Positions 21,402 to 32,258 are shown, numbered from the stretch's first letter. The stretch is DNA of 64,000 bases from an uncultured virus (IMG/VR IMGVR_UViG_3300009154_000048) (IMGVR_UViG_3300009154_000048); one strand, 5' to 3'. Translations and numbers: made by a program. Notes: a model not told the origin generated them from the sequence alone.

Positions 21402-21746
21402 TCAACTATCTGACTCGGCAGATTCAGGCAAGAAGCCGAGCGCGAGCGATTTCATGGCCGTATCCACATCCATACGGACCCAGATGACATTTTCGGTTTC
21501 CAATGGCTCGTCCATTATCCCGCGAATCATCTTTAGGTAGATTTCCTTGGAGGTGTCTTTGGGGGCATCTTGCAACCTCCTCCTAGTGACAAACTCATAT
21601 CCGAGTCGTCCCAGAAAGTCTTGTGCTTCTTGGAAGTCTGCGGGTAGAACGGGAGGACTCTCCCAATCAAATTTGCATTTGAGCCTTTTTCTCTTCAACA
21701 CTTCCAAGAGCATCAAGGCGATCTTCTTCTTGAGTGGTGATTTCAT
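21402..21746 (-). CDS. LVLG-tail paralog family member (divergent)
   Basis: MDVDTAMKSLALGFLP. Confidence 0.6.
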   Translation of the reverse strand: MKSPLKKKIALMLLEVLKRKRLKCKFDWESPPVLPADFQEAQDFLGRLGYEFVTRRRLQDAPKDTSKEIYLKMIRGIMDEPLETENVIWVRMDVDTAMKSLALGFLPESAESDS

Positions 21747-21970
21747 GGCTCTGAATTCATTTCCATCAACTTGGTTTGTTGTCTGGGGGTCAGGCAGCAC
21801 AGGTTGATCTTTGGCTCTTGCGTTGGAGTTCGCTTATCGGGCATCTGAAAACGCTGCTTGGCTTTGCGAATCTCACGATACCGCTGCAAGTCTGGGCCTT
21901 TGAGGTTGATTTTCATAGGGGTCTCCTTTCCCCGGATCATAAAAACGACGCCTTGACAGAGTTGGTCAGG

Positions 21971-22228
21971 TCAATTTGGTTCGAGGTGCATCCTATCGAC
22001 TTTGACCAAGTTCTTGATGTGGACTTTTTCCGGGGCTTCCGGGGTGTCCCAGTTGACGGTAGCCAATTCCACGCCGCCGTGGTTCTTGATGTCGGTCACA
22101 ACTCCCCTTGCGAAAGGGATGGGACCGGTGTGTTGTCCGGTGGACTTGAGGAACGTGGCGCTGTAGGCAACTTTGTCGCCCACATTGATTGCGTTCATGT
22201 CATCGACGAATTCGTTGAATGTTTTCAT
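21971..22228 (-). CDS. Small SH3/KOW-like protein
   Basis: MKTFNEF start; INVGDKVAY...G.V....V.W. Confidence 0.6.
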   Translation of the reverse strand: MKTFNEFVDDMNAINVGDKVAYSATFLKSTGQHTGPIPFARGVVTDIKNHGGVELATVNWDTPEAPEKVHIKNLVKVDRMHLEPN

Positions 22229-22278
22229 GATTTTATATATCCTTGGTCGTATTGTTTCAACTGTCTGGGTTTGATTTT

Positions 22279-23208
22279 TCAAGCCGCCTCGGCTTTGAGT
22301 TCCGGCTCCTTAGCCCCATTCTCTACCATCCACTTGATGATCTTCTTCACGTTCGCGTCGAAGCCGTCATCAATATTCAAGGATATTTCATGGATGGCGG
22401 TGACCGCTAGGAAAAGCCTGATCGATCGATCGCACGATTGAGGCCGCCAGCATTCACTGAAAAGTCTGCCATTCATGTCAAAATTTCTAATGCTCTCCAA
22501 GAAGTCTTTCAACTTCTCATAAGAGGCTTGCTGTTCCCGCAGTGCTCTCTCGGCGGCGCTTCTCTCGGCCTCCGCACGGGCCTCCTCGGCGGCCTTCTTC
22601 CTAGCGATCTCCTCGTCCCGTTCACGGATTCGTTGACGAAGGAAGTTTACGGGGTCTGCTAAGTCGGGATTCAAGTCAAATGAACGGCCCCAACCATCAA
22701 AACCACATGCAGTTGTTCTTACCTCCACGACCATGTTGGCAAACCAAGGGTAAGCATCTTCGGGAACCTCATCCCAGCAGTAACGACCGCTTTCATCCCT
22801 CTTGAAATCAAACGCCTTGGTGGGACGGAGCCAGAAATACCTATCGTCCCCAATAGGCTCCTTCCCGGTCGCATGGTAGCCGATTGCTTCACTACTATGC
22901 TCGGTGCGATCAAGAACCTTGATGTTGGGATGAAACTGCATTGCGTCGGCAAAACGGCAGAGCAATTCCTTCGCCTCGGTCTTGGTACTGGATTTAAACA
23001 GCTTAATGTCAAAGAAGAAATAAAACTTACCATTATCTCCAGAAGACTCTACGGAATGGAGATTTAGCACATGTTCATTCTCTCCTACACTACAACTAAT
23101 TTCACGCTTCCAATCGTGCTTCTTATTAGATTCCTGGCTGAGGATTGCAGCCGAACTGTCATAGATGTATTTCTTGAAAGGCTCAATGTTGCAAGTGATG
23201 TTGGTCAT
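22279..23208 (-). CDS. Hypothetical protein, 'V-x-NG' tail family
   Basis: Coiled coil plus C-terminal IKWMVENGA, shared with 33830 and 59745. Confidence 0.7.
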   Translation of the reverse strand: MTNITCNIEPFKKYIYDSSAAILSQESNKKHDWKREISCSVGENEHVLNLHSVESSGDNGKFYFFFDIKLFKSSTKTEAKELLCRFADAMQFHPNIKVLDRTEHSSEAIGYHATGKEPIGDDRYFWLRPTKAFDFKRDESGRYCWDEVPEDAYPWFANMVVEVRTTACGFDGWGRSFDLNPDLADPVNFLRQRIRERDEEIARKKAAEEARAEAERSAAERALREQQASYEKLKDFLESIRNFDMNGRLFSECWRPQSCDRSIRLFLAVTAIHEISLNIDDGFDANVKKIIKWMVENGAKEPELKAEAA

Positions 23209-23533
23209 TTTAATTTCCTTTGGGTTTCTTTCTTGTTGTTTAAACTGTCTGGGTTTGATTTTTCAGGAGTCTTCTCTAGCCACTTCCAGTTCCCGTACTC
23301 CAAGATCCCTTCTTCATTCATTCTGCACGAGGCATCATCCACATGGATTACGGGTTTCTTATCAAAAGCAATTCTCATCCATTCAAGTTCTTCTTTACTC
23401 ATCGGAGATGCCGGTTCGGGGCTATAGCCCTTGTATTCCCCATTCTCAATCTGGAACTCGTGAATTGTTAGGTATTCCTCTCCTGGGAAGCCCGTATCAG
23501 TGTGAAGTATTGTCCGATGTTCCCAAGTAAAAT

Positions 23534-23908
23534 TCATCTGTAGTTCCTTGTCTGGGCGGCGATCATGAGTTGGGGGTTTCTTGAGTATTCTTGAATTCCG
23601 TCGATGTTGACCCGCACCCAGTAGTTGTTGGTCGGGTCGCTGTAGTATCGCCAAACCCCGTCGTTCCCGCGATACTGATAGTCAAGTCTCATCTGGCTTT
23701 GTTCTGTTGCGAGCCTAACCGCCTCGGCTTGACGCATTTCCTCGGCCTTATGAGCCTCGGAGATCTTCTTTTGTTCCATTGCTTGATGCACCATGGGAGA
23801 AGTCTCCTTGGTGATCTGGGCAAGACCTAGCAAAATACTCACCACAGCAGCGGCAATTTGAAAGTAGAGCACAATTCCCCTCCTTGCGAACCGTTTGGGC
23901 AAATCCAT
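23534..23908 (-). CDS. Putative membrane-anchored protein
   Basis: N-terminal hydrophobic helix; GGAGG RBS. Confidence 0.6.
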   Translation of the reverse strand: MDLPKRFARRGIVLYFQIAAAVVSILLGLAQITKETSPMVHQAMEQKKISEAHKAEEMRQAEAVRLATEQSQMRLDYQYRGNDGVWRYYSDPTNNYWVRVNIDGIQEYSRNPQLMIAAQTRNYR

Positions 23909-24485
23909 TTTGCCTCCCCCTTTTTATTCGGCCATCCGTTGGCCGGACATTAGTTCAACCATCTGAGGATAGTTTTTCAGGCTTCACTTTTGCAACTGGG
24001 CTGCGTAGAGGTTGCCCATGATGTCTTCGACTTGCCCGGAGATGAGTTTGATGGGAGCACAGTCGCACATGATTGCGAGTTCTTGTTGGCAATCCCCCAA
24101 GATATTTCTTATCTCCTCATAGGCGGCAAGGTTCTCTTCCCGCAAGTGAATACTCGCCGACTGTTTGGCCGTGGCCAGTTTTTGTGCGATCCTCGAGCAC
24201 GCTTCAACTTCTTCTCTATTCATCGGTTCCTCCTTGTTTAACAAGAGCTCCTCCCCTCAGTTTCCGGGCAAGGAGTTTTTGTAGCCCAATCGTCGATCTC
24301 TTTGACTTTTGCACGGCAGACCCAGACAAGATGCTCTTCGCTAGCGTCGCTCATGATCATTTCGTAATGATCTCTGAGTTGTCGCGAACTGAGCACTCGA
24401 TGTCTGGCTTCGGCGTACAAAGAAGCGAGAGCGTAAGGTACTTGTTTTCCTCCGATCGACCACGAATCTCCTTGCCCGGATTGGC

Positions 24486-24878
24486 TCATGCTGCCTCCTC
24501 GTCTTCGTCATCATCTCCCCATGTAAACTGCTGTGCAGTGACTGATTGTACTTCCGGAGCAACTGTGACGACCGGTGCTACAACCGCCATGGGCACGGGC
24601 ACTTCCGGAGCAACTGTGACGACCGGTGCTACAACCGCCATGGGCACTGGCACCACAATCGATGCTGAGGATAACAATCTGAGACTGATCACTTCTGGGA
24701 TCTCATACACAACGCTTCTTCGTCCCTTGCCACTATTGGAGGTGACAATCCTATCAACTTCCTTCACTAAACCCTTTTCACATAGGATCTTGAGAAAAAT
24801 AGTGGCGCCAACATAGTCGGTGCCGCTTGTCCCAAGGCCTAGGTTCTTACACAAGTCTCTCGTCGTCAATCTAGCCAT
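24486..24878 (-). CDS. Putative winged-HTH protein with an internal 17-aa duplication
   Basis: Paralog of 8144..8365; VPVPMAVVAPVVTVAPE x2. Confidence 0.65.
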   Translation of the reverse strand: MARLTTRDLCKNLGLGTSGTDYVGATIFLKILCEKGLVKEVDRIVTSNSGKGRRSVVYEIPEVISLRLLSSASIVVPVPMAVVAPVVTVAPEVPVPMAVVAPVVTVAPEVQSVTAQQFTWGDDDEDEEAA

Positions 24879-25096
24879 TTTTCATCAAACCTTTCTTAGG
24901 GATCTCTCCCGATTGTAGAACCATCCGGAACCATCTTTTCAAACATCATCAGGCTTTTCGGGGCGATCCTTGCAATATTCACAGTTTTCATCCGTGCACC
25001 TCTTCTCTCTCCACTCTTTGCAGACTGGGCAAAATACCGAGTCGAACTCCTTCGAGTACTTAAGTTCGTGGGCGCATTTTCTCGGCGAGCTTTCTG

Positions 25097-25426
25097 TCAC
25101 TCGTCGTCCTCCTCGTCGTCACTGAAAACTCCGAAATGTGTGACATCGTCTTCTTCCCAGTCATCGTCTTCTTCGTCATCGTTTTCACACATTTCGGACT
25201 GGCCACCGACCTCCAAGTACGCTTCGCCATCATTCTCAGAGACCAGACTAATTCCGCCCTCATCGATATAGATAGCGTCATACATTTCGGACTGGCCACC
25301 GACCTCCAAGTACGCTTCGCCATCATTCTCAGAGACCAGACTAAGTCCGCCCTCATCGATATAGATAGCGTCATCGGCTGAAAGTGTCTGGAGCCACTTG
25401 ATCACATCTTTAACGTTTATTGACAT
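25097..25426 (-). CDS. Acidic hypothetical protein with a 31-aa duplication
   Basis: DAIYIDEGG.SLVSENDGEAYLEVGGQSEM x2. Confidence 0.65.
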   Translation of the reverse strand: MSINVKDVIKWLQTLSADDAIYIDEGGLSLVSENDGEAYLEVGGQSEMYDAIYIDEGGISLVSENDGEAYLEVGGQSEMCENDDEEDDDWEEDDVTHFGVFSDDEEDDE

Positions 25427-25935
25427 TATTCATTCTCCTCGTCGTCACTGGGTTCCATGTCCGGCGTCTCCTCATCTTGCTCATCCCCGATGAAGGTGAT
25501 CTCCACAGCAACCGCGACGCTCTTTTCCTTATGGATCTCGACGTCGTAGCATCCGTCGCCAAAGCCACTGCTTGAGACGAACCCTCCGGAAATGAAACCG
25601 AAACACTTCTTGCTCAAGGTCTTCCGGCAGCAGTCTTCGTAGATGTCCTCTCCGTCCTCACCGTACGAGGCCAGATCAAACACTCCAGCCTGACCCGAGT
25701 CAACACCGATGTTCGCGGTCTCGGTTCGCACATTCTTTCCGTACATGCTGAAGCCCTCGTGGTGGACGAGGATCTTGCTGATCCGCTCGCCCCACGCGCC
25801 CTCATTGCTAGTCTCTACATGGGCGACCCAGTTCCCCTTCTTGGCGGACACGACCGGGTTCATTCCGACGGAATAACAAGGGTCGCCAATGACGATCTCC
25901 CCAGTCACTTTAAAACTCTCTACAGCAGTCTTCAT
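25426..25935 (-). CDS. DUF4241-like protein
   Basis: I.DPCY, GVDSGQAG.FD, SSGFGDG.Y motifs. Confidence 0.65.
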   Translation of the reverse strand: MKTAVESFKVTGEIVIGDPCYSVGMNPVVSAKKGNWVAHVETSNEGAWGERISKILVHHEGFSMYGKNVRTETANIGVDSGQAGVFDLASYGEDGEDIYEDCCRKTLSKKCFGFISGGFVSSSGFGDGCYDVEIHKEKSVAVAVEITFIGDEQDEETPDMEPSDDEENE

Positions 25936-26297
25936 GTGATCTCCTTCTGGGTCTTGTAGAGTTCGCAGAACCTTCCCGCGGCATTCGGATAACACGTCAT
26001 ATTGTTGAAACATTCCTTGAAATACTTGACCATCTCATCACTTAAAGTCTCAGGGAGGTTTTCTGAATATTCCATCTTGATGTAATCCATCAAAGCGTTG
26101 ATATAGCACTCCCTCAACTGGTCAGCGTTCATTTTCGACCTTTCTAATAATGTCACGAAGTTCGAACACAAAATCCTCGTCTTTGCCCGCAACTGCGAGA
26201 ATCGTCAAGGCTTTTTTAGCAGCAGCGAGCAGTTCCTTCTGCGTCTCCGTCATAACCCCTCCTTGGGTATAACTTACAACTATCTGGGAGGCACTTT

Positions 26298-26693
26298 TCA
26301 GAGCCCCTTCAAGAAATTTATGAAACGTCCGAAATCACGCAGATCCTCGAACCTGTAGAAATGGTTCTGGCCTCCCACATAGTCTTTCCGGCCCTTGCAC
26401 GAACGGCAGAGAAAGCCGCTGAAACAACCTTGTCCAAACTGGACATAGAGATTGTCGCTATGGAGCGTGACCTCCCCAGACACAGCGATGCCGGCCTTAT
26501 TGACGCGGATGTCGTAGGAACCCTTCTCCAAGCCAAGTTCTTGGGCCGTGATGGCAGCCAGTTTCCTGCTCATCTTGAGGAACTGATCCTTAGCCTCTGG
26601 GTTGTACCCGACATTCTGACTGCTGATTCTGACGTACTCGTTGAAATTGAACTTGATTGTGGTGGTCATGGTGGTCTCCTTGTACCCCATCAA
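26298..26693 (-). CDS. Conserved hypothetical protein
   Basis: NKAGIAVSGEVTLH...R.C.GR.DY.GG.NH. Confidence 0.65.
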   Translation of the reverse strand: MMGYKETTMTTTIKFNFNEYVRISSQNVGYNPEAKDQFLKMSRKLAAITAQELGLEKGSYDIRVNKAGIAVSGEVTLHSDNLYVQFGQGCFSGFLCRSCKGRKDYVGGQNHFYRFEDLRDFGRFINFLKGL

Positions 26694-27462
26694 CCATCTA
26701 GTTCAATAAAATCAGGACTTCAGCTCGATAATTTTTTTGTGTTTGAGAAACTCGATGAGTTCTCCGGCCGCGAAGTCCAACTCACGCTCGTAATGCTCGA
26801 GCTTATTCCTTATCTCGCCGATCTCATTCTTGATCCGCACAATGTTTTCGATGGTTTTGAGTACATTCATTTGCGAGAAGGCCTGTAGTTGGCAAAAAGT
26901 TTAAGCCTGGACTCTACGCTCACCAGGTCGTGTTCGATCATCGAAAGAGTCTTGTTGTCTGCTTTGCCCGCCGTTTCAGACGAGAAAAACTCGGTTAGAC
27001 GCTCCAGAGAGTCGTATATGTTTTCAATCGTCGTATTATGCTTCAACACCATTTGTTAACCTCGGCTTGGAACTGACCCTCTCCACAATTAAATTTCCGC
27101 CATAAGTCTTATCGGCCAAACGCAAAGCATGATAGGTGTTGTAGGCTTGAATATAGCCCAACACCCTACTGCCCTTCATGACCATATAGGTCTCAGTATC
27201 CATGTCGGGGCTTTCTAAAATCATTCGTCTTCCCTCATAAAATTCTTCAAGTCGTCGGCGAACAACTTGGCATCTTCCTCGCTCGTGAACTTGATCCTCA
27301 CCTCGTGCTGATGGACGCTGACTCTGCGGCAGCGAACCCGTGCCCGCATCCGGTCAACAACACCATCATCACCCCAGATCCCCATGAGCCACAAGAAACA
27401 AAAGAAAATGCAGTTCATAAATTCCTCCTTGAAGATTATATGGAAAACAGCAGAAAAGTCAA

Positions 27463-27783
27463 CTACGGAAGCAATGAATCAAACTTGACTTTCTTATGCT
27501 CCATGAAAGTCAAAATGAAAGTTCCGACTTCGTTCTCAATTTCCAACTCGCTTGAGCGAGGCTTGACCTTGGTTTCCAAAGGAAAGCTGGTCACTTCGTA
27601 GTCATCTGAGAGTTGAAGTTCTTGTCCACCATCTCCATCGTCATCAACACACCAATTATCGTAGATGCTCTCGTTGTCTTCGTACTCAACCATGATGGCT
27701 GAAATCTTCTTGTGGAACTTCTTCAAGACCTCACCAAGAGTGATCTCTCCGAAAACAGCCTTGGCAACAAGTGATTTGCTCAT
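27463..27783 (-). CDS. Hypothetical protein, paralog of 21021..21365
   Basis: AKAVFGEITLGEVL. Confidence 0.65.
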   Translation of the reverse strand: MSKSLVAKAVFGEITLGEVLKKFHKKISAIMVEYEDNESIYDNWCVDDDGDGGQELQLSDDYEVTSFPLETKVKPRSSELEIENEVGTFILTFMEHKKVKFDSLLP

Positions 27784-28133
27784 GCCTTCTCCAACTCCTT
27801 CTCAAGATTTACCGGCGGCTCACCCATCCACCTTTGCCACTTGATGTTGCAGTACCAGTCGGCGATATTGGGAATCCGACCCAAATCTTCTTTGACGTGC
27901 TGTTCGCCGACCCATCGCACAGGAACCTTCTTGCCCGTACTGATCGTGATGGTGTGGCCGAAGACCCTCTCGCACTCAAAGATTCCTTGGGCGTGGTGCC
28001 TCAACGCTCGGTGACGAGGATCAGCCCACATTTCCTTGGAAGCATCGAACCAGTCGTGGATTGATTGATAATCCTCGGGAACTCCGCCCCACTTCTTCGC
28101 GGACGACACTGCGTGGTGATATGGATTTGCCAT
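27780..28133 (-). CDS. DUF6915-like protein
   Basis: P..HA.SS.KKWGG..EDY..IH.W.D.SK...HRALRHH..G...EQHV.ED. Confidence 0.7.
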   Translation of the reverse strand: MANPYHHAVSSAKKWGGVPEDYQSIHDWFDASKEMWADPRHRALRHHAQGIFECERVFGHTITISTGKKVPVRWVGEQHVKEDLGRIPNIADWYCNIKWQRWMGEPPVNLEKELEKA

Positions 28134-28173
28134 GATGATCTCCTTATTATTTCAACTATCTGGAGATACCTTT

Positions 28174-28590
28174 TCAGAAACGGTACTCTGTAAGGTTGCT
28201 TTCTACGACCCGCTCATTGAAGTCCAACTGAACCTTACGCTTCTTTACGTCGAAATAGAACTCGCCGTAGGCTCCGTCGTTGTTCTCCCAGCCACCACAA
28301 ACACTCTCAAGAACTTCGTAGCAAACTGATGTAATCAAGTCTTCAAGATCGGTAGCCTTCCTGAAGACTGTCGTGCTGTTGCCGTTCAACCATTGGGTTC
28401 CCTCACTAACTTTCGCACCCTCAACCGGAAGTTTACGGATTTTTCCTTCAAGTCCCACGTCTTCGATCTGGCCGCTGTCGCCGCTACCTTCGAAGGAAAC
28501 CGTGAAACTCTTCACTCCCTCACGCTCACAAATGTCAAAAATCAAGTCCTTGTGATCCTTGATGTCGCTCGAAGTCTTGAGAACAGACAT
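28174..28590 (-). CDS. DUF6878-like protein
   Basis: F.GSGDSGQIE and GWENNDGA.G motifs. Confidence 0.7.
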   Translation of the reverse strand: MSVLKTSSDIKDHKDLIFDICEREGVKSFTVSFEGSGDSGQIEDVGLEGKIRKLPVEGAKVSEGTQWLNGNSTTVFRKATDLEDLITSVCYEVLESVCGGWENNDGAYGEFYFDVKKRKVQLDFNERVVESNLTEYRF

Positions 28591-28649
28591 GAATTAAACC
28601 TCCTTAGAATGAAATCGTCTTTTTATTTGAACCATCTGGGGAGTGTTTT

Positions 28650-28928
28650 TCAGGGCTTCATCCCCAACACAAGAATCTTCTCGGCCAATTCGCAAGGAAT
28701 CCCAATCTTGTAGGACCTCCTGGGATAAAAACCCGATAAGAAAATCATGTCGGCGGAGTCGAAATAGAAGAAAGAATCCCGACTTCTTCTAACTTGGATC
28801 CCATGGGTCTTGAGATACGCAAGCCAGATTTCGATCACGTCACGCTTTCCGTTCGCCTCACTCAAGCTCACGAACTTCTCGGCGGCCAGACGCCACAGCT
28901 TGTCCTTGGTTTTTTTGTCGATGTTCAT
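28650..28928 (-). CDS. LVLG-tail paralog family member
   Basis: IPCELAEKILVLGMKP. Confidence 0.7.
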   Translation of the reverse strand: MNIDKKTKDKLWRLAAEKFVSLSEANGKRDVIEIWLAYLKTHGIQVRRSRDSFFYFDSADMIFLSGFYPRRSYKIGIPCELAEKILVLGMKP

Positions 28929-29111
28929 ATTATTTGAACCATCTGGGAAGAGTTTTTCAGGCGATCAGTAAGAACACTCCTTTTGGTCGCGCTCTATCGT
29001 TTTTTCAATCAATTCGTTGATAAATTCAAAGTCGTAAACCCTCATTTTGTGCTCTTCCATGAGTTTGGCAATTTTTTCAATGAGTTCGTCCATCGTGTCT
29101 CCTATTTTTGT

Positions 29112-29441
29112 TCAAGGCAGCTCGCCGAGCACCAACACTTTCTGGGCAAAGTCCCTATCAAGCAATAAAAACCCCCTATCTTCACTAGTTGCCGGGTCGT
29201 GAATGATGATTTTGTCGAACGGGCCCTCATTCACCCGTTCAATCAAATAACTCATGGGGGACATCATGTGGCTGTACTGGCACACCCGCTCCACACCCAG
29301 ATCCTCAAGATACTTGGACCAAGTCAGACCTGGACCTGGGAATATATCCCACTTCAATTTCTCGTGCTTATTTCTGAAGATCGACCAAAGTTTGTCCGTC
29401 TCAGACCGAACCACCTGGTAGTCGTCACATTTCATCTTCAC
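29112..29441 (-). CDS. LVLG-tail paralog family member
   Basis: DFAQKVLVLGELP. Confidence 0.7.
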   Translation of the reverse strand: MKMKCDDYQVVRSETDKLWSIFRNKHEKLKWDIFPGPGLTWSKYLEDLGVERVCQYSHMMSPMSYLIERVNEGPFDKIIIHDPATSEDRGFLLLDRDFAQKVLVLGELP

Positions 29442-29836
29442 AGCATCCCGAATACAAGGATTCGCTCCGCAATGTCCCTAGAAATCAAAATCCACTGACC
29501 GGCCCGGTCGGGATTACGCACAGCCAGCCGGCCAGCAACATTCTCGTTCTGGAAGTTGATGATTTCTATCAGACTGTCCAAAGTCTGCTCGCAGCCTCTA
29601 TGTGTGATGATTGTTTTGGCGAGCTGCTCGCAGCCTCTATGTGTGATGATTGTTTTGGCGATATCCTCACTCTTGTCCGGCTTGTCCCGCAGAACCACAG
29701 CCTCGTAAAGCACCAGGTGCTTGTTCCAGATCGCACTCATGTTAGCCCGGTCAGTCCTCTTCTCAATAGACATGGAGCGATACTTCTCCCTAAATACGGA
29801 ATTCAACTTATCGACCACCTCTTGAGTCCATTCCAT
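29438..29836 (-). CDS. LVLG-tail paralog family member
   Basis: DIAERILVFGML; internal 13-aa duplication. Confidence 0.7.
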   Translation of the reverse strand: MEWTQEVVDKLNSVFREKYRSMSIEKRTDRANMSAIWNKHLVLYEAVVLRDKPDKSEDIAKTIITHRGCEQLAKTIITHRGCEQTLDSLIEIINFQNENVAGRLAVRNPDRAGQWILISRDIAERILVFGML

Positions 29837-29839
29837 GAT

Positions 29840-30133
29840 TCACTCCGGCAAAAAGCCTAACACAAGAGCCTTGTCGGCAAAATCCCCAGGAACCAATAAA
29901 AAACGGCTGGTGTAGGGCGAACTTTCGTTCAGCACCAATACCCTATCACCCATCTGGTTCAATAAAATCCAGAGCTCGTCTGTCGAACAAAAAAGAATCG
30001 AATGACCGAGAAGGTAATCAAACCAGGCTGGGGGGTCTAGGTAATCGTCGTCCCACTCGGAAGAATCACACAAAGCACGCTGCTTCTCAGAAAGAAGGTT
30101 CGAGAGAATTCTAAGGCTTTTCTCATCTCTCAT
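29840..30133 (-). CDS. LVLG-tail paralog family member
   Basis: VPGDFADKALVLGFLP; start moved to MRDEK because the upstream part is a tRNA. Confidence 0.65.
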   Translation of the reverse strand: MRDEKSLRILSNLLSEKQRALCDSSEWDDDYLDPPAWFDYLLGHSILFCSTDELWILLNQMGDRVLVLNESSPYTSRFLLVPGDFADKALVLGFLPE

Positions 30134-30137
30134 GAAG

Positions 30138-30211
30138 TACCGAAAGTGGGAGTCGAACCCACAACCTATTGATTTTGAGTCAATCGCCTCTGCCAATTGG
30201 GCTACTTCGGC
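30138..30211 (-). tRNA. tRNA-Leu (CAA), short variable loop
   Basis: ATTGA-CTCAAAA-TCAAT, 5-nt variable loop, GTTCGACTC. Confidence 0.85.
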
Positions 30212-30263
30212 ATTTTTTCAATTTACACGCAAAGAAATCAAAAAACAACCCCTAGATATTCGC

Positions 30264-30512
30264 ATGGCACAAACAACAACAACGACCGAGGGAGTCGGTA
30301 ACGGCGCGGTAGACCGCGTGATCCCTAGAATCTACAACAACCTGGTAAGAGCTGAGAACATCGCCGGCCTTACACAGATCATCCAAGAAAATGCCCCTTC
30401 GCCCACGAAAATCGACGGCGGCGAAATCAGAGCCATGATGATGGGATTGTCCGAAGAAGACATGAAAACCATCCTCAAGGCAGCCGAAATACTTAAAAGT
30501 TTAGGGAAGTGA
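30264..30512 (+). CDS. Hypothetical protein (rare plus-strand gene)
   Basis: MAQTTT start directly after CCTAGATA motif. Confidence 0.55.
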   Translation: MAQTTTTTEGVGNGAVDRVIPRIYNNLVRAENIAGLTQIIQENAPSPTKIDGGEIRAMMMGLSEEDMKTILKAAEILKSLGK

Positions 30513-30788
30513 TCCGAGCACAAGAGCCTTCTCGGCGAACTCCACAGGTATCAAAAGCCAAGTTCCATTCGTGTAAAGAGGATCATGCAAGGTAATGCTG
30601 CCCAATTCGCCTACATCCCGGCGAATCCCCGTCTTCACACCAAGACCCCTCAAATACCCCTCCCAGACTTTCTCCAACTCTTCTTGGAGGACCATTTCTG
30701 GTTGAGTTTTTTGCTTGTTCTCGAGCTCATAATAAAAATCGATAAGCCTTTGATCGAGAAGTTTGTAAAACTTATCAGTCAAATTCAT
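30501..30788 (-). CDS. LVLG-tail paralog family member
   Basis: IPVEFAEKALVLGSLP. Confidence 0.7.
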   Translation of the reverse strand: MNLTDKFYKLLDQRLIDFYYELENKQKTQPEMVLQEELEKVWEGYLRGLGVKTGIRRDVGELGSITLHDPLYTNGTWLLIPVEFAEKALVLGSLP

Positions 30789-31123
30789 GAGACATAACCC
30801 AAAACCATTGCCTTCACGGCGATCTCCTTGGGCACGAAGATCCAGTTCTTCCGTTCGTTGGGATCTAGGATGCAAATGCTGTTTCTGTCGTCGCTAAAGT
30901 TCCACTTCTCAACCAGAGCTTCAGCTCCGCCGTCCACAACCTCACAACCAAGATTATTCAAATAAAAAGCCCATTCTTCCTCGCACGCACACTCGAACTC
31001 ATACTCTCCCCACGGCTTTATGTCCCACTTAGCCTTGCGGAGCGAAAGTCTTTTTGCATTGAACATCGTCCAGAGCTTATCAATGAAAGCAATGCCAACG
31101 CCAATCTCATCCACGCCGTTCAA
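30785..31123 (-). CDS. LVLG-tail paralog family member
   Basis: VPKEIAVKAMVLGY. Confidence 0.7.
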   Translation of the reverse strand: MNGVDEIGVGIAFIDKLWTMFNAKRLSLRKAKWDIKPWGEYEFECACEEEWAFYLNNLGCEVVDGGAEALVEKWNFSDDRNSICILDPNERKNWIFVPKEIAVKAMVLGYVS

Positions 31124-31390
31124 AATTCCACCTCCGTGTTCAACAACTTCTCAAGATGATCCAAGAAGACCGGAATCTTGTCGTCCCTATAGAAAGGATC
31201 CATGTCTCCACCCCTAAAACTGTTGGCTAGTTCAGGGCTCATCTCATGAAGAACATTAAAATGAATCTGGCCGCTCCTCTGGGACTTGTCCGTATTCCTA
31301 GCCTGGGCCGACTGAACGGCTTGAAGATACTCGGCAAACATAGAGATTCCTTTCAGTTGAACTTAAACCGTCTAGGAAAATAAAATCAAG

Positions 31391-31475
31391 TGGCCAAGGC
31401 GGGGCTCGAACCCGCAGTGTTTCTAATGTGAGGGATTTTAAGTCCCTTGCGTTTCGCCAATTTCGCCACTTGGCC
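31391..31475 (-). tRNA. tRNA-Leu (TAA)
   Basis: AGGGA-CTTAAAA-TCCCT, long variable arm. Confidence 0.9.
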
Positions 31476-31481
31476 AATGAG

Positions 31482-31554
31482 TGATCCGGGTGAGAGTCGA
31501 ACTCACAACCTTCTCGTTAGGAATGAGATGCTCCTCCAATCGAGCTGCCGGACC
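31482..31554 (-). tRNA. tRNA-Arg (CCT)
   Basis: TTCCTAA anticodon loop; GTTCGACTC T-arm. Confidence 0.85.
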
Positions 31555-31558
31555 GAAG

Positions 31559-31631
31559 TACCCGATGCAGGATTCAAACCTGCGACCCTGGGATTAGAAA
31601 TCCCATGCTCTATTCGCTGAGCTAATCGGGC
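31559..31631 (-). tRNA. tRNA-Arg (TCT)
   Basis: TGGGA-TTTCTAA-TCCCA. Confidence 0.9.
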
Positions 31632-31634
31632 GGA

Positions 31635-32258
31635 TTAGAAACTTTTACCTGAGTGGTATCGCTCTCGTCTCTTGTGCCGTCCGTTTCCTTTGTTTCTGTT
31701 TTTGTAGAAAGGGGTAGTGGCGTCGCAGTTGGAACAGATGAGTCTGAGGTTGCTCAAGTTCCAATCTTCCGAGTTGCCGTTGATGTGGTCGCACACAAGC
31801 ATTATCGGTTTTCCAGCCCAAGTGTCAACTCCACACATCTCACATCGATTTGGCCTTGTCTCTTTGAGATATTTTTTGGCTTGAGTAATTCCTTCTACTT
31901 TACCGTCCAGAAAGATTTTTTCTTTTTTTAGTTGCCATTGATAATCAAACTGACATCTGTTGGAACAAAATTTCGATGCGTTTTTCTTGGTTTCAACTCC
32001 ACAATTGACACATGAACTCTTTGCTCTTGGTTTAAGTCCTCTCTTCTTATTCGAATGAAAAGCAGCACAAGATTGAGAGCAAAATTCATTTCTTCTTGAT
32101 TCGTAACTTAGTAAAACTTCACAGCCAAGACAAAATTTAGGATTCTTGTTGTACTGTTCAAAATGCTTTAAATGTTTGGCTTTGGCTATGCTTGCCAAAG
32201 GACCAGCAATGTATCCTAATTTTCCTGCTTCAGAAGCAGATAGTTTTTTCATCAGCAC
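31635..32258 (-). CDS. Free-standing HNH endonuclease with Zn-finger repeats
   Basis: CEMCG...DHINGN..D....NLRLICSNC; FCS..C repeats. Confidence 0.85.
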   Translation of the reverse strand: MLMKKLSASEAGKLGYIAGPLASIAKAKHLKHFEQYNKNPKFCLGCEVLLSYESRRNEFCSQSCAAFHSNKKRGLKPRAKSSCVNCGVETKKNASKFCSNRCQFDYQWQLKKEKIFLDGKVEGITQAKKYLKETRPNRCEMCGVDTWAGKPIMLVCDHINGNSEDWNLSNLRLICSNCDATTPFYKNRNKGNGRHKRRERYHSGKSF

